A DNA stretch of 64,000 bases from Lama glama (GCA_028534125.1 CM052816.1:49292001-49356000); one strand, 5' to 3'; shown: positions 39,660-54,669, counted from the stretch's first letter. Program-made: numbers and translations. The notes: a model not told the origin generated them from the letters alone.

Positions 39660-40330
39660 TTTAGAGATTTCTGAAACAAGATACTCGCAAATACCTAAAA
39701 CACAACATGTTTAAGTATAAACCTGATCTAGCCCATAAAATACCTGTTCTTCCTTACAGGTTCCTTATCTATGTCATGCTTATTACCATTCACTCAGTCT
39801 TCCAAATAAGGATATTGGGAGTCATGCTTCCTTTCTTCTTCTCTCTCAGCGAGCGGCACAATCATCCAGTTACCAAGGTCCAGAATTCTAGGAGTCCTCC
39901 CATTTTTCTTATATACAGTCCATCACTACACCCTGTCAACTTGACCTCCAAAACATATCCCAATCTAAATCCAGAAAGTCTACTTCTTTCCATCTTCACT
40001 ATTACCATCCTTGCTAAATTACTATCATCTTGAATGGACTATTGGGATAGCCTCCTAATCAACCCCCTTACTTCAGCCCATCACTTCACCTACAGTCTAT
40101 TCTCTATACATCATAATTTAAACATGAGAATCCATTCATGTTGGACTCTATTACTACACCTCTCTAATGGCTATTTATCTTAAAGGAATAAAAGCCAAAC
40201 CTCCTAGACAGGGTTACAAAACTCCACATAATCTGGTTCCTCAGTCTTACTCTGACATTTTGATGTCATCTCATATCATGGTACCCTCTCCCACTGTGCT
40301 CAGATACTCTGAACTTTTTATTACTTATTT
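39660..40330 (+). mobile_element. L2 fragment
   Basis: acctccaaaacatatcc...ttctttccatcttcactattacc...tggactattgggatagcctcctaa. Confidence 0.75.
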
Positions 40331-40429
40331 TAGCCCAGCTAATCCACTTCCAAATTTTGGTTCAGGTGTCTCAAAGAATGAAAAGGACATAACCAAGTTA
40401 AGTGTAGTAATGTGCAATCAAAAGAGCTT

Positions 40430-41010
40430 TGTACTGTGGTTATTAGGAGCACAGCCATGGTGTGTGACGGGGACCACAAGAAGTTTAATGTTACTGCAGC
40501 ATAAGCAGGGAACGATGTGGGACAAGTTTGGAAGGTTAGCAGGAATGGGATTATGGAAAGCCTTCTAGACTTTGTTGGATTTTATATTTTTGTTAAAGAT
40601 ATGTGATCAGGACTCTATGCAAAATGTAATAAAATGCTGTACACCTTCTCTAAGGGGAGGGGCAGAAATTACCTAGAAGTATTTTAACATTTTGCATACA
40701 ATTTCACAGGGTTCTGAACACCATTCTTGGACTGAGGTTAAAAATCCTTGTGAGTCCTTTGGAGTCGTTGAATGATGTTAATCAGAATGGCATTTTAAAT
40801 AGAGTATCATGATAACCTTTGTCAATAGAATGGATGTGAGTAAAACAGTATTGGAGATTAGAAGGATGCTTAGGAAAATATTCAAGAAGTCCATAAATGA
40901 TGATACAGGAAATGCTGGATTGTAGAGACATTATTTATCAGATTATGCCCAGAGGAAATAGTGATTGATTGTATCTGGAGAGTGATGGAGAAAGAGTAGT
41001 AAATATCTCT
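40430..41010 (-). mobile_element. Degenerate L2 fragments, possibly with a small DNA-element insert near 40610-40750
   Basis: Purine-rich L2-antisense-like sequence. Confidence 0.45.
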
Positions 41011-41192
41011 CCCCCGGTTTTTGGTTTGGGTTCCTCGTATTCTCCATGACATTTTGACTTTTGTCTGGTCACCTTTAATTTCTGTTAGTGAAGTCACTTA
41101 TATTAAATCATGTGCTATTTTACTTTGTATTTTGACTCCTCAGAGAGTTGGACAGTTTTGAATGGATAAATAATCTAGGCACTTAATAAATA

Positions 41193-41818
41193 TGGTCAAT
41201 CCTTATTATTCGAGGTATTAATGTTCTATAAATTTATCATAAACACTAGGTTAGCAAATACTGAACAATTGTTCCTAGGGAAGAAATCGGGTGAGAGCCC
41301 TACAAGCCGCATGTCTTTTCCATAGGCCAGTATGTAACTTGTTTTATGTGTATTTCAGTTTCAATAAACCTTATTTAGTATGTATTGTTGTGTAACATTG
41401 AATTCCAGATAAGCAGCACTATAACTTATGCCTGAATAAAGCTTGTCTGTTTAATATACATATTTTTTCCATGAGGTACATCACAGCCTTCCTTCTTGCA
41501 CTTAGGAACACTAGCTAGCACTTCAGCAGTTCTCTTGGGGGCATTTTCAATAGAAAAAGTACCAACAAAAAGCACAAAAATCTGGGAAATGTAGCACTAA
41601 ACAGCACAAAAACCATTGGTATGAGAGCTGAATCAAGATGGTGGAGTGTCATCTTATTCAACCTCAGCTGGCTTAGTATGCTGTTGAGGAACTCAAGTTT
41701 TCCAATGCCGTGTGTGTCTGCAAATGACAGCGACGTACCCTAAGTATTGGTTTTGGTGTTACAAATATATTTTAGCAAGTGGGCAAATAATAAATCCACA
41801 GATAATGTGGATCAACTG
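41193..41818. mobile_element. Tigger-family non-autonomous DNA transposon (Tigger13a-like)
   Basis: Degenerate terminal inverted repeats tggtcaatccttattattc ... gataatgtggatcaactg, flanked by TA/CA. Confidence 0.8.
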
Positions 41819-41821
41819 CAC

Positions 41822-42115
41822 ATTTTTATATTTAAATATTTTAAAATACACGAAGAACATATCCGTACAATGTACCTAACACCCAGATTTGCCAATTATA
41901 AAGGTTTTCCCACGTTTCCTTATTCATCACATTTTCTTCTCTGTTGCTCTTTACTGAAATGTTTTAGAAATTAATTCCAGATGTGATGTCATTTCACACC
42001 TACGCATTCCTAAAAAATAAGGAATTTCCTTTTTACAACTGCAATGCCATTATCACATCTTACAAAATTAACACTAATTCCTTTGAATTACCTAATACAG
42101 ATCATCAAATATTTC
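41822..42115 (-). mobile_element. Old L1ME/L1MC 3' UTR fragment
   Basis: aactgcaatgccattatcacatcttacaaaattaacactaattccttt. Confidence 0.6.
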
Positions 42116-42162
42116 TAAGCAGAAGTTATCTCTACAGGTTTGATCATATGCAGATTTGGTAA

Positions 42163-42364
42163 AACTGGTTCTCAACCTTGTCTGCTCACTAGAACCACCA
42201 GGGAGAATTAAAAACCCAGCTCCCTAAGCACGGGTCCCACCTCCAGAGATCTGATGTAATTGGTCTGAGGTACAGACTGAGCATGCTTTTTGTTTGTTTG
42301 TTTGTTATTTTTTTCGAAAGCTCTTTAGGCAGCTCTAATGTGTGGCCAAGGTTAAGAGCAACTG
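42163..42364. mobile_element. MER5A (hAT-Charlie MITE)
   Basis: tggttctcaaccttg...cccacctccagagatctgatgtaattggtctg...tctaatgtgtggccaaggttaagagcaactg. Confidence 0.88.
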
Positions 42365-44019
42365 TTGTATCAGTGTATCAGCCCCAAATCTAGTGATGCT
42401 AAGGATTATGGGTAAAGTCTGATGAGGACCGTGACTCTCTCCTTTGCAAAGTTCGCCAACCACCTTTGATGGAATGTGTCTTTTGAATTTAATTAATTTT
42501 AGGATGTTAGATCAGAAAGTTATGAAGCCAATATCCAAACTAATTTATCAGCTACTCCCTTAGTGCCTTAAAGGACCTATTTTTCCCCTCAAAATGCTTA
42601 CATTAATTCCCAATATGTTTGGAAAATAAAATTGAACATTTAGAAGAAAGCTTCAAACACATAATTCACTTTTGAAAGAAATTTACTTGAAATATTTGTT
42701 AATTCTGATTGAATTTTATAAGAAAAAAATACTCACATATGAATATCTTTAAAAGTTAAAGAATTTAACAGAATGATTTTTAAGATAATATATAAATTCT
42801 GTGCTTGAGCAAACGGGCTCCAAATGGATGAGATTATCGTGGCACTAAAAATATTAAAGCCATCAAATATAGCAATGCTAAAAGTATGAAAAACAGCTTA
42901 GAGAACAGTGCAAAGTTTTAAAACAACATAGATGAAAATTGACCTGAGAAAATTAAAATGGAACATATTTTCAAGTTACATACTAAAGCTTTGCCTTATT
43001 TGCAACAATCTGACTTGAAAAAAAAATTGTGTATTTTATTTAACAAGTTCAGAATTTTAAATGTTCACCTTCATCTGTGAGGTATCTACTGCCAGAAGCT
43101 GAGGAATATTTTGCAAAACCGCTAAAACCCTTGGGAGATTTATCATTGGAGAATAGCCACATAAGTATATTTCTGTCTGTGACTTAGTGAATAATGATAT
43201 AAGGGTGGGTCATTTTTATTATATCTCTTTATCTGTTACAAATTGCTTTCTAATAAAAATGTAACTTGAGTTTCACAATAATTTGAGTTAAATAGGGCCA
43301 GCAGTTATTATCCTTAAATAAATTGAGTTTTAAATGTTTGACTTGCCCAAGGTAACAAAGCTGGTACATTTTGAGATTCATATCACTTAGAGATCAAGAG
43401 ATTTACAAGGTGATAGGCATGTAGATGAAAGAAGCCAGGCTTATTGTCTGAGAACTTCATTTGCACCTTTTTACATTCAGAGACAAGAGCTATAAATAGC
43501 TGTTGCTAATGCTCTCAGCGATTTCTATATAAAGGTTCCACAAAGTAGAAAGAGTCACAGTGTAAACTAAAGGGAAAAGACACGTAAAACAACCAATGAG
43601 TGAGAAGTTAGAAATGGATGTAGAGGCATATTATTCTTTAGGAACAAAGTAAAATAAAAAAGGAGTGTGGATTATAGACTTGTACATGGTAAGAAGCAAT
43701 ACAGTTTAATAAAACCATAAATAAAAGCAGCATGACCTGTGGATGCAATTATCTCTGCCTTGGAGCTCTACAACATTACCTATTCCAATGAAATACAGCT
43801 CACTTTATTTTAATTGAATGAACCTGCCTAGCTGGAAACACTTCTCTGACAGTTATTCTGTTGGAATCTCAGTATCTTAGTGAATTAACTGAAAGATGTG
43901 TCTTAGAAAGAAGAAACAGTGAGACAAGGACGGGAGAGATTTGGGAAAGTGTAATGATAAGGAAACAGGCCAAATAAAACTTACTGTCCAGGTGTACTGG
44001 ACTGCAGAAAATGTACGTA

Positions 44020-44043
44020 TACACACATACACACACACACACA
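44020..44043. repeat. (CA)n microsatellite
   Basis: acacacatacacacacacacaca. Confidence 0.85.
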
Positions 44044-44604
44044 TATTTGAATGCAATTTAGAGAAGAATGTAATTATAACAAATTCTATTTGTTTACTTA
44101 AAATTTTATTACTCTAGGTGAACAGAGATTCAACTTACATTTCTTATCTCCTTATGTTTCTCCTATAAATCACTCTCTGGAGGTCTTGAGGCAACAGTTA
44201 AGTTGACATACCTGATCTTATCTCCAGCCTTTAATCCAGAGCTAAATTCAGTTTAACTAAGTTTAAAATAATAGCTAAAGAAAGCTAAATAGGCCTCAGA
44301 TGTCAGTGCACGTTAGTAAACAGGTAGCCATTGTGCAGGAAGACCTCTACGAGAAGCACTAACAAAGCAGAACTGAATAATACCGATGTTTCAGACTCGG
44401 TGAAAACCAATTACAGAAAAGCAACCCTGAGTTCCATTGAGCTGGAAAGTATTAGTTAGCTACCATTAGAAAAGATGAACTAAGATACCTCACTAAGGAC
44501 CTTATTAAAATCCTCTGTCATTGTAATTTTAATAAGTAGCTAGATAAAACCTAAACATTTGGAAGATTTTTACATTATAGTTTATATAAAGGAAGATTTA
44601 AGGT

Positions 44605-44760
44605 CTAATCATGTAGATCCTGGTAGCAGTTCTGCCCCTTACTAGTTGGGTGGTATTCAGAAATTCATTTAAATTTTGTAGCTCTTGGTTTCTGCCTCTC
44701 TGTAAAAGGGTCAGGTTAGTACCATATTAAGATTACAAAAATTGGTGATTACACAATTAG
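44605..44760 (+). mobile_element. MIR fragment
   Basis: ttctgccccttactagttgg...tctgtaaaaggg. Confidence 0.55.
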
Positions 44761-44949
44761 ATCTGTGTTGGAGAAGTAAAGTATACTTTGTTTTATTAGA
44801 ATTAAATCACATACTGATTGAAATTTTTCTAAAAAATATGTAATCCATTGGCGATTGAAGAAAACTTAATCAATTCTTTTCTCAGCTGATGTACTAGTAT
44901 TTAAAATACCATGTTCCCAATTACTGCATTTGCCAACTAATAGTACTCG

Positions 44950-46010
44950 TCATTCATTCATTTTTTCATTTGTTTAACCAATACTTCTGAAGCAATGTCT
45001 ATGTTCTAGATACTGTACTCTGCCATGGGCATGTGGTAGTGTGCCCTGCTGCCTGGAACATAGATTCTACTGAAAGAAGCAGAGAGGAAGCAAAGAAAAA
45101 GACAAAAATGTAGTTCCATGTGCTGAAAATTGATTAGAAGAACACAATGTTTAGAAGTGTAATAATGGAGAATCTCCTGTATATTTGGAGAAGAGGGGAG
45201 GCCTATCTGAAAATGAGAAGAGGCTGTCCAGCAGCGTAAGGGCAGAAATGAATGAGATCCCATGTGAGAAAGTTTTGAGGAAATGAAGGGACGTGTGGGA
45301 CTAAGTGCGAAGAGAAAGACAGCCTAAGAGAAGAATGAGAGGCAGGTAAAAGAGCCATGTAATATAGAGTATTTAAACTTCTTTAAGAGGTTTAGGGCAC
45401 TACTTAAGGGCAACTGAAAACCATCACAGACTTGTAAGCTTGGGAGTGGTGGAAATAATTTACATGTTAAAAAGATCATCCTGATAGTTGGTCAAAAATT
45501 AGATAGTAGGGAGGGCAATAGCCAAGTACAGAGCTAGACATTGGAAAGGAGAAGTTGATGTCAATGGTAGAAAAGACGGGAAAAAAACCTTTATAGTATT
45601 TATGTGATGGTGTGCCTTTCTAATGACCAAGGTTGTTACCAACCTTCCCAGCTGTGGAGTTTTGTTTTGGGTTGTTTGTTTCCACCAGAATTACTCAGTT
45701 CTTGGGTCCAGGCAAGAAGAAAGTGGAGTGTCAAGAATATGCATTAGAAAGAATATGATTGCTATGCATGAAATGTAGGTGGTGTAAGGAGGCAATAGGA
45801 GGAGGAGGAAGTTGATAGATACTATGTGGTGGGATTCACAGACTCAGTCTCCAAGATTCTGTAGAATTATAACATGGGGCAAGGGTGTTCTTTACGGCAG
45901 GTGAACTGAAAGGATGAAATGTTGTGTTCAGAGAGTAGAGTATTACAGTGAGAAATTTTAGAGATGATGCATCACTCTACGTGGATGTCACCAAATGATG
46001 AAAGGCATGA
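44950..46010 (-). mobile_element. L2 fragment(s)
   Basis: tcattcattcatt tail followed by a purine-rich L2 antisense body. Confidence 0.65.
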
Positions 46011-46834
46011 AAAGAAACTAGAAGACTGGGGCATGACTGCATTGATGGATGAATTAATGTTAACATGGGACTTATGCCATAGCCTTTGTAGCTTAGCTCT
46101 GTGCCTTATTGATACCTGTGCAATTTATAGAAATGTCTGTTACCCAAGAGATAGGCTCAGAACTTTTTGAAATCACATTGAGTGTGATTTTTATTAATTT
46201 TACTGCCATATCATGTTACTGAAAAGCTGTGTCAAAATCAATATAAATTAGTGTTAATGCAGAATTATTTCAGAATTTTAATACCTTTCCAACAACCTTT
46301 TAAATTGAACAAGTGGTTAGCAATGTACTGGCCTGTCATTTAAAAAAAATTATGTGGCTGATTATTTTAAAAACAATGAGAAATCTGAAAATATGGTGAG
46401 ATGAAATAATATATGTGAGAAAATTATCTGTCACTCAGATAATTAAGTTCAAAAAAGTGTGAAGCCCCATTCCATAATCAAAATTTGCTGGAGTCTGTAA
46501 TTTTATATGTACAAATGTTTAGGACATTTAAAACTAGTTCTGCCCATAAGTCACCGACTCAAACATAAATAATATGTAACAATTGTCTTTGACCACAGTT
46601 TAGAATCTACATAATGTAAATCTTTAAAATTTAAGTATGTGTATGTGTATTTGTATACTATGTTTTAAATGAAATTTAAATAGTATAATAGTTGTGCTTT
46701 GGTTATTTAAGAATCATCATCAAAATCTTAATTTGTTATTGAACTTCTTTCTCATGGCTCACAATGTATTTCTATAATTAGATCACAAATTTCGTTAGGA
46801 CACATACCATGTATTTTTTCCTTGAATATAATTT

Positions 46835-49800
46835 TTCTTTATTAAGACTGTTTTTTAAAGTAGTTTAATGTTCACAAAAAAATTGAGAAGGTACTGAGAT
46901 TTCAAATATACCCCATGTACCCACACATGCATAGCCCCCCAATTACCAACATTCCCCCAGAATGGTACGTTAATTTTCCATTGACATACTTACACTAACA
47001 TATCATAATCACCTGAAGTCCATAGTTTATATTAGGATTAACTCATGGTGTTGTACAATCCATAAATTTGGGAAGACATATAATGACATATTCATCATTA
47101 TAGTATCATCCAGAGTATTTTCACTGCCCCTTAAATCCTTTGTGCTCTATTCATTTTCTCCCCTGACCCGCAACCACTTATCTTTTCACTGCCTCTGCAG
47201 TTTTGCCTTTTCCAGAATGTCATATAGTTGTTATCATGTAGTACGTAGCCTTTTCAGGTTAGCTTATTTCAGTTACTAATATGCATATAAGTTTCCTTTA
47301 TGTCTTTTCATGGCTTGATTTTTTAGTGCTAAGTAATATTCCATTGTTCAGATGTACCATACTTTTTATTCATCCACTCACATACTGAAGGACATCTTGG
47401 TTGCTTACATGTTTTGGCAGTTATGAATAGAGCTGCTATAAACATCCATGTGCAGGTTTTTGTGAGGATAAATGATTTAAACTTTCTTGGTAAATATAAA
47501 GGAGTGAAAATGCTGAATTGTATGGTAAAGGATGTATTTACTTTCATAGGAAACTACAAAACTGTTCTTCAAAGTGGCTGTGCCATTTTGCATTCCCACC
47601 AACAATAAATGAGAGTTCCTGTTGCTCCATATCCTCAGCAGCATTTAGTGATATCAGTGTTTCAGAATTTGGCCATTCTAATAAGTGTGTAGTGGTATCC
47701 TTTTTTTTTTAATTGGCAATTCGTTAATGACATGATGTGCAGCACTTTTTCATGTGTTTATTTGCCATTCATACATCTTTTCTGATGAGGTGTCTATTCA
47801 GGTCTTTTGCCCATTTTTAAGTCAAGTGTTTATGTTCTTACTGAGTTTTAAAGGTTATTTGTGTATTTTGAATAATATTCTTTATCAGATGTGTCTTTAG
47901 CAAATTTTTTTGTAGTCTGGCTTGTATTTTCATTTTATTGATTATGTTTTGCAAACCAGAAGTGTTTAATTTTAGTGAAGTCTTGATTATGAATTATTTA
48001 TTATTTAATTTTTGCCTAATTTATAGTATTTAATTATTGCCTCTGATATTTTATTTTAAAAGTTATGCCTATACCCAAGGTCATGTAGGATTTCTCCTGT
48101 ATTATTATCTAGTTTTACACTTTTGCATTTTACATTAGAATCTGATCCATTTAGAGTTAATTTTGGGGCAAGGTGTAAGTTGTGTATGTGTAGATTCATT
48201 TTCTTTGCATGGAAATATCTAGTTGTTTTAGCACCATTTGTGGAAAACATAATCTTTGCTCCATTGTATTGTCTTTGCTCCTTTGTCAAAAATCAGTTGA
48301 CAGTACTTATAGGAGTCTGTTTCTGGGCTCTATTCTGTTCCATTGATCCATTTGTTCTTTTACCAATACCGTACTGTCTTAATTACTGTAGCTTAATAGG
48401 AAATCTTAAAGTCAAGTCATATCAGTCCTCTAACTTTTTTCTCCATTAATATTGTCTTGGTTACTCAGGATCTTGTGCCTTTTCATATAAACTTTAGAAT
48501 CAGTTTGTCAATATCCATAAAATAACTTGAGATTTTGTTTGGGATTACATTGAATCCGTACATCAAATTGGGAATAAATAATGACCTCTTGACAATATTG
48601 ACCCTTTCTATCCATGAACATAGAATATTTCTCCATTTATTTAGATTTTTAAAATTCAGTTCTTCAGAGTTTTGTAGTTTTCCTCATGTACTTTTTGTAC
48701 ATATCTTGTTAGAGTTAAACCAAAGTATTCCATTTGGGGGGCTGCTAATGTAAATGGTATTTTGTTTTTAATTTTAAATTCCACTTATTTATTGCTGGTA
48801 TATAGGAAAGCAATTGACTTTTGTATATTAATCGTGTATCTCTCACTTTAATCACTTACTGGATCCAGGTGGGGTTTTTTTTCCGTGTGTGTGTATGTGT
48901 CTTCTTTTGAATTTTCTATGCATTATGATTATGTTATCTGTGAACAATCTGTATACATCTTGTTGCTGCTTTTTGCCTTTATCCTATTAGCATGGGATCT
49001 GTGGGAAGTCTCCAACTATGATAGTGGATTCATCTATTACTCCTACTGTAGTCTATCAGATTTTGCCTCAAAGTTTGACATACTATTGTTAGTCTCCTTC
49101 ATGTTAAGGATTGTTATGACTTCTTGGAGAATTTAACCCTTTATCATATGTAATGCTTTTCTTGTCCCTGATAAATTTCCTTGCCTTTGAGGTCCACTCT
49201 GCCTGAAATTAACACAACTACTCATGCTTTCTTTTGATTAGTGTTAGTATGGTATATTTTTCCACTTCTGTTTAAAAAAAAATCTGTATGTGTGTTTGTA
49301 TTTGAAGTATGTTTCTTGTGTACAGTATACGATTGAGTATTGTTTTTCAGTCCACCTCGACAGTCTGTCTTTTAACGTATGCAATTAGACCACTGACATT
49401 CAAAGTGATTACTGATAGTTGAATTAGTAGCTACCATGTGTGTTTCTTATTTGTTGCTCTTGTTCTGATTTTTGTCTTCCACTATGTTTCTGTCCTTTGT
49501 GGCTTTATTTGAGCCTTTGATATAATTTTATTTTCTCTCGTCTCTTACCATATCTGTTATGCATCCATTTTTTTTTTATGTTTGATCAGTGGTTGCCCGG
49601 AATTTGCAATATATACTTAAAGCTTATTCAATTTCACTTTCAAATAACACTATAATACCTCCCAAGTAGTAGAGTACCTTATAGTAACAAAATAATACCA
49701 ATTATCCTTCCCATCCTTTATATCACTGCTGTCATTCGTTTCACTTACATATAACCATATATATATTATATGTATATATAATCAGTTATATAGGTTAGTT

Positions 49801-50310
49801 TTTAAACTGGTTTCCCTCGAGGGCAGGCTTTTTTAAAGAACAGAGTACTCTAGAGTACATATTTCAAAATGTCTATCTTCCACACCTCCCCTCCACCCTC
49901 CACAGGAAGTGAGAGGACTTTTTTCCAGTATTAACTGTGGGAACCTGGTTGAGCTCCTGTAGGTAAACCTCATGATGTTTTGGGGATGTTCCTCTATGTC
50001 TGGGTCTCCTCGAGTTTTTAACTCATATAGTGTCCACATTGAACCTCCAGCAATTTAAGAATGAGAATTCAGGCTTTCCTACCCAGACATTGGTTCCTAT
50101 GACTGTTTCTACTAGTAAGTCTGTTCCAATAAGTTGTGACTCCCTGTACTCTTCTGTCTCTGCAATCTTAAGTCTCGTATTTTGCTCTGTGTCCTTTCTG
50201 TTATAGATTAAAGAGGAATTGTTGATTTTTCAATCTCTTCAGCTTTTTACTTTGTTATTAAATTTTTATGCTTTTATGCTTCTTGCATGTGGAACTGGAA
50301 ATTTGAAGTT
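46835..50310 (-). mobile_element. L1MC1-like element with a large internal ORF2 deletion near 48950-48990
   Basis: TKTCTWMFIAALFITAKTCKQPRCPS; 3' UTR is antisense to that at 3500-4040; endonuclease motif IIVGDF at ~49005-49022 directly follows mid-ORF2 sequence. Confidence 0.88.
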
Positions 50311-50514
50311 CATTATAGTTTTTTAGCAATACATATTTGATGAGGTTTGAATAACTAGTGTGAGGAAATGAGGAATTCATATTTTCAGATTATCTTTCCC
50401 TTCCCCTTCTCCCATTATAATTCGTCTTCCATCTTTCTAATCAACTGGATGGTAGAAAGATTGGCCTGTGTCACAATTACAAGGTGTTTTTATAATAATA
50501 ATAATAATAATTAT

Positions 50515-50670
50515 TATTTGAATACTTTACTGTGTGCTTTGTATTAACATTCTGCTTACATTTTTATCATTTATTCTTGACAGCAACTGTACAAGGTGGA
50601 TCTTTTAATTCTAATGTTAGAGATGTGAAACCTGAGACTTAGTTAATTATTTTGCTTAAGTAAATGGCCA
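50515..50670 (-). mobile_element. MIR fragment preceded by (TAA)n
   Basis: cagcaactgtacaaggtgg...agatgtgaaacctgagacttag. Confidence 0.6.
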
Positions 50671-51149
50671 ACTTCCTAAATTAACTCTACTACTAACTTT
50701 ATTCTCACCTTCCCAATTATACCTACTAGTATCACCAAATCATTTTCTCCTATGATAAGTTTGACACCACTACTTCAAATTCTCATCTTGATGGACCATG
50801 TTGGAATAACACACTTGCATCTGCTTCTAGAAGACTCTAGATTTTTAAAGTGGTTTTAATTTTTCACCAGTTGCGTTTAACTTTTATACAGTGCCATACT
50901 AATTTTGTCAATTACTCAAAATTAAGATTTTGCTTAATATACCCTAACTCTATTTTAACAGTGGTATTTCTATTTTAAATCACAATTTTACTACCATAGC
51001 AAGAGTTCAAACCAGATTTAATTGTTACAGATACACTATTATAAAGTATATTAAAAGTCTTTAAAGACAATTGATAACATTTTAAGAGATATACCTATAT
51101 CCTTCAAATCTCACTCTTTATTTATCTTCCTACCTGCCATAACTGAGAA

Positions 51150-51575
51150 TAGATATTTCTCCCCTGTAATTTATTCTCTTTTTCTGCTGTGGAAATAGAA
51201 TACCTCAATTTCTGTTTTGAAGACCACATTCTCCATCTCCCTTGAGGCTAGACGTGCCCACGCACTATGGTCTGGACAATGAGTTGTAAAGAAAGCAAAA
51301 TGTTATGTAGTGATTTCCGGAAACCATTCTTCAGAGACAGCGAGCACGAGCATATACCCTTATTCTTACCTTCTCTATTCTGCTGATTAAAATACAGATG
51401 CTATTGTTGTTGATGGGATTTTAAGGTCACACAATGGAACAAAAAGGGTGCCCAAGTCCCTGATACTGTAATGCAACCTACCAAGACCTCAGTCTACTTA
51501 ATTGACTTTTAAATAAGAGGAAGAAAAGTATTTATTTACACTTCTCTTATATTTTTTATTTTATTTTATTACATA
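51150..51575 (+). mobile_element. Old MLT1 LTR relic
   Basis: ctcccttgaggctagacgtgccca...tctggacaatgag motif. Confidence 0.55.
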
Positions 51576-52146
51576 CAGTTTAGCTTAAAAGAAATGGATT
51601 TAGGACAAAAATCCTTCCTCTTCTCTCACCGTCTGCCTCTCCATATTAGCACCATTGTTTTTAATTAAAGCCCCTATGTATTCCTTCACTGCACCATGGA
51701 AGAACTCTACCAAATACATCATCAAACTTAATTTTTATTTTTAAATTGTTGACTCTAGGAAAGTTCATTTCTTTCTGAGTTTTAATTCTTTTGTCTACTC
51801 ATTGAGGTTGGTAATACCTGCCCTTGTCTTGCCTGGTGGCTCTCTTCCTGTGAAATCTAACACCTACAACTCTTGATCAAAAACTTTAGAAACAGGAGGG
51901 TACTTTGTGAGAAGTGCCAAATAACTCTGGAATCATTTACATTGTAGGACATTCTCCCTCAAGCCAGAAGTATTTTGTATATTAGGAGTTTGCTGTAAAA
52001 AGTTGGCTGAGTGGTCTCTGGACAGGTGGATTTTGGGGTTTTATGAGGCTATTTTCTAGGCTTGAATCTCAGACCCTATCTGCTTTGGGCTGGAGTATGC
52101 TAAGTTTCTTCAGAATTCACAGGGTATTAATTAGGCTCCAGGCCTT

Positions 52147-52147
<1 letters not shown>

Positions 52148-52186
<39 letters not shown>

Positions 52187-52203
52187 TGATGATGATGATG
52201 ATG
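52148..52203. repeat. Compound (TAA)n(TGA)n microsatellite
   Basis: taataa...taatgatgatgatg. Confidence 0.95.
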
Positions 52204-53280
52204 TGCTAAAAAGTGGTATCTTGATTATTTGCTTAGAGACATTACAAAGAAGGTGAAAACTAAATTTAAAATCAATACACATTAACATTTCCTTATGTGT
52301 ATGCAGTTCTAATTCACAAGTATAGAAGCAAATGCCTTCACTGCAAGAAGACTGTTTTATGTGCCTTTAAATTTGAAACTCCCCTATGAATTGAAGGGGA
52401 ATGTTAGGAGAATGCATCTGTTGAGCAACTTGCAGTTTGGCGAATATTCTTTAGGAAAATTGCATTAGCATCAAAATGGCAACTTGCAGACTGAAAGGAT
52501 ATTACAATGGTTTGCAAATTCTCATCCTCCTTCACTTAAGAACTTGAAGGCAGCACCAGAAGCCATCTGGGCTGAGAGCTGTTGGTTGTCTATGTTCTGA
52601 ATATTACTGCTACTGATTGCAAAGCAGAAAGGAGGGGGGAGAAGTTCCCTGTATATGCCCTCCAACTGAAGGCAACACCAAATTTAACAAGTCAAAAAGA
52701 TAGCATTGAATTATAGGTGTTCAAAATGCACTGAAGTCACTGGGATTAGTGCTGTCTGTTAAATATACTGCCTTGAATTCAGGGCTTTATTTGTGGAAGA
52801 GAAATGAAGAATAACAGAAGCTGCTCAGTAAATGTTAAAGAAATAGAAAATAGAAAAGAAAAAACAGCCCAGAGCCCAAGGCAGTGAAGTTGGCTTTAGG
52901 CTAAATCATAACTTTCCTTTCGTAACCAGCAAAATGTGTAGAAGCCATTTCTCAATGTCTCTATGTATAAAATGTAGCAATGTTATGCCAAGCTATATGT
53001 TTATAATCAAAGGTAAGTGTGATGATAATATGATGGTTTTGAGGCCTATTGCATGTTGTATAACAAAAACAAACAGACAAAAAAAACCCCTTTAATTTAG
53101 AGTACTGATTAATAAATTAGATTTACTTGGAATATTGGGTAGTCACAAATGCACTGCTCTCTCTCCAGGTCGGTCCATTTATTCAGTAGAGAGCAAAGAC
53201 TCTGTGTCTTGCTAATTATATATTGAAAATAATGGAATATCAGAGCAACCTTCTAAGAATCTGACTTGTTTTCTGTTAAC

Positions 53281-53410
53281 TTTTTTCCAGTTTTATTGAT
53301 CTATAATTCACATACATCACTGTGTAAGTTTCAGATGTACAGCATAATGATTTGACTTACATATATTGTGAAATAATTATTACAGTATGTTTAATTAGCA
53401 TCCATCACCA
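53281..53410 (-). mobile_element. Very short 5'-truncated L1 tail
   Basis: ttttattga..tataatt.acatacatcactgtgtaagttt; flanked by ttaac(c)tttt on both sides (possible target site duplication). Confidence 0.8.
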
Positions 53411-54669
53411 TTAACCTTTTGACCCAGTGCCCAGTATGCCTGGTTTTAAGCATAATGTACTTCAGTCCAGATACTTCTGGGTCACTCCCAACAGAATAGG
53501 TAAAAGAACTGTCTTGCCACTTGGGGTCAGGCTGCAAAATAATATAATAATAATTTGTTATTTTAAATAATCATAACGCATATTTTAATGGAGATGTACA
53601 GTTTACAGTATGCTCTCATTCGATTATGGGCGGGTTTACCACTGTGTTTTTTGCATTTACTAAGAACTCAAGAGGTATTCGTGGGTTAACTCTATAATCT
53701 TCTTGCTAATGCAGCGGGTGAAATATTCAGTAACCCTGTTTACATCATCACCTCAGCTGTCTGGTCTGTTGTGATAATTTCCACAGGGAAACTGCCTCCA
53801 AATACCAACACTACAGTTTTACTGAAAAGGGAGGAAGATTTAGCCTGACGATTAGTTAAGGATGTGGTTTTTTGTGTTACTCAAAGGCAAAAGCTGTTTT
53901 GTTTACCTGGGGTACCAAATTCTACACCTGCAGTCACTTTGAAGCCATGGCTTGTCCCATTAGTATCCCAGTCACAACGATTTGTTCTTACAACGTTTTT
54001 TCATCTTGCTGAGCAATACTTAAGTGTGCTTTGGCATCAGATTGCTTTTGGGTTTTGTTCCATAATGTTTTTATTAAATGTGTATGCTAAAAGAGGAATG
54101 AGTCAGGGAATAAAAATTACCACTGGAAAACTGTAGCCAGGCAGGCTTCATAAGTAATGCTTTGTTTTGATACTGATGTCAATCCAGCCAAGCCTTTTCA
54201 ATGCCTATCTTTGTCATTCTGAATGTCGCAGATGCTAGCACTAGAGCTCGCTTGCTCTCTCTCCCTTTTTGTAAGAAATCACAGATAGAAGGATTGCAGA
54301 TGAAACCATTACTGAAGATCAGAAATATGTTTTGCTACAAAATGAGAAGTCCTCAGGATATGAATAAATGCAAAATGGAGAAAATTATAAATTTATTTAC
54401 TGTCCCCATAATAATAATAAAAAAGGGAATAAAAGAAAAAATAGGACTGTGAGCTAAGTGTAATGTTATTCTTACAAAATGCAATAAATGAGTTAGCAGT
54501 ACTTATATTCAAATAGTTAAAAATATTACTGAGAACAGAAGTCCTTTAATATGTATTGAACCAGTTGAGGTTGCACGTTTTCATACAAAAAATCCTCACG
54601 AGATGCATTAAGTAATATGTGCTTTATTTTCAAATGGTTGCACGAGGTCATTTAATCATGAGATTGGGA

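Noticed and set aside
39707..40568. 108 aa and 133 aa ORFs
   Set aside because: Overlap L2 relics; no protein resemblance
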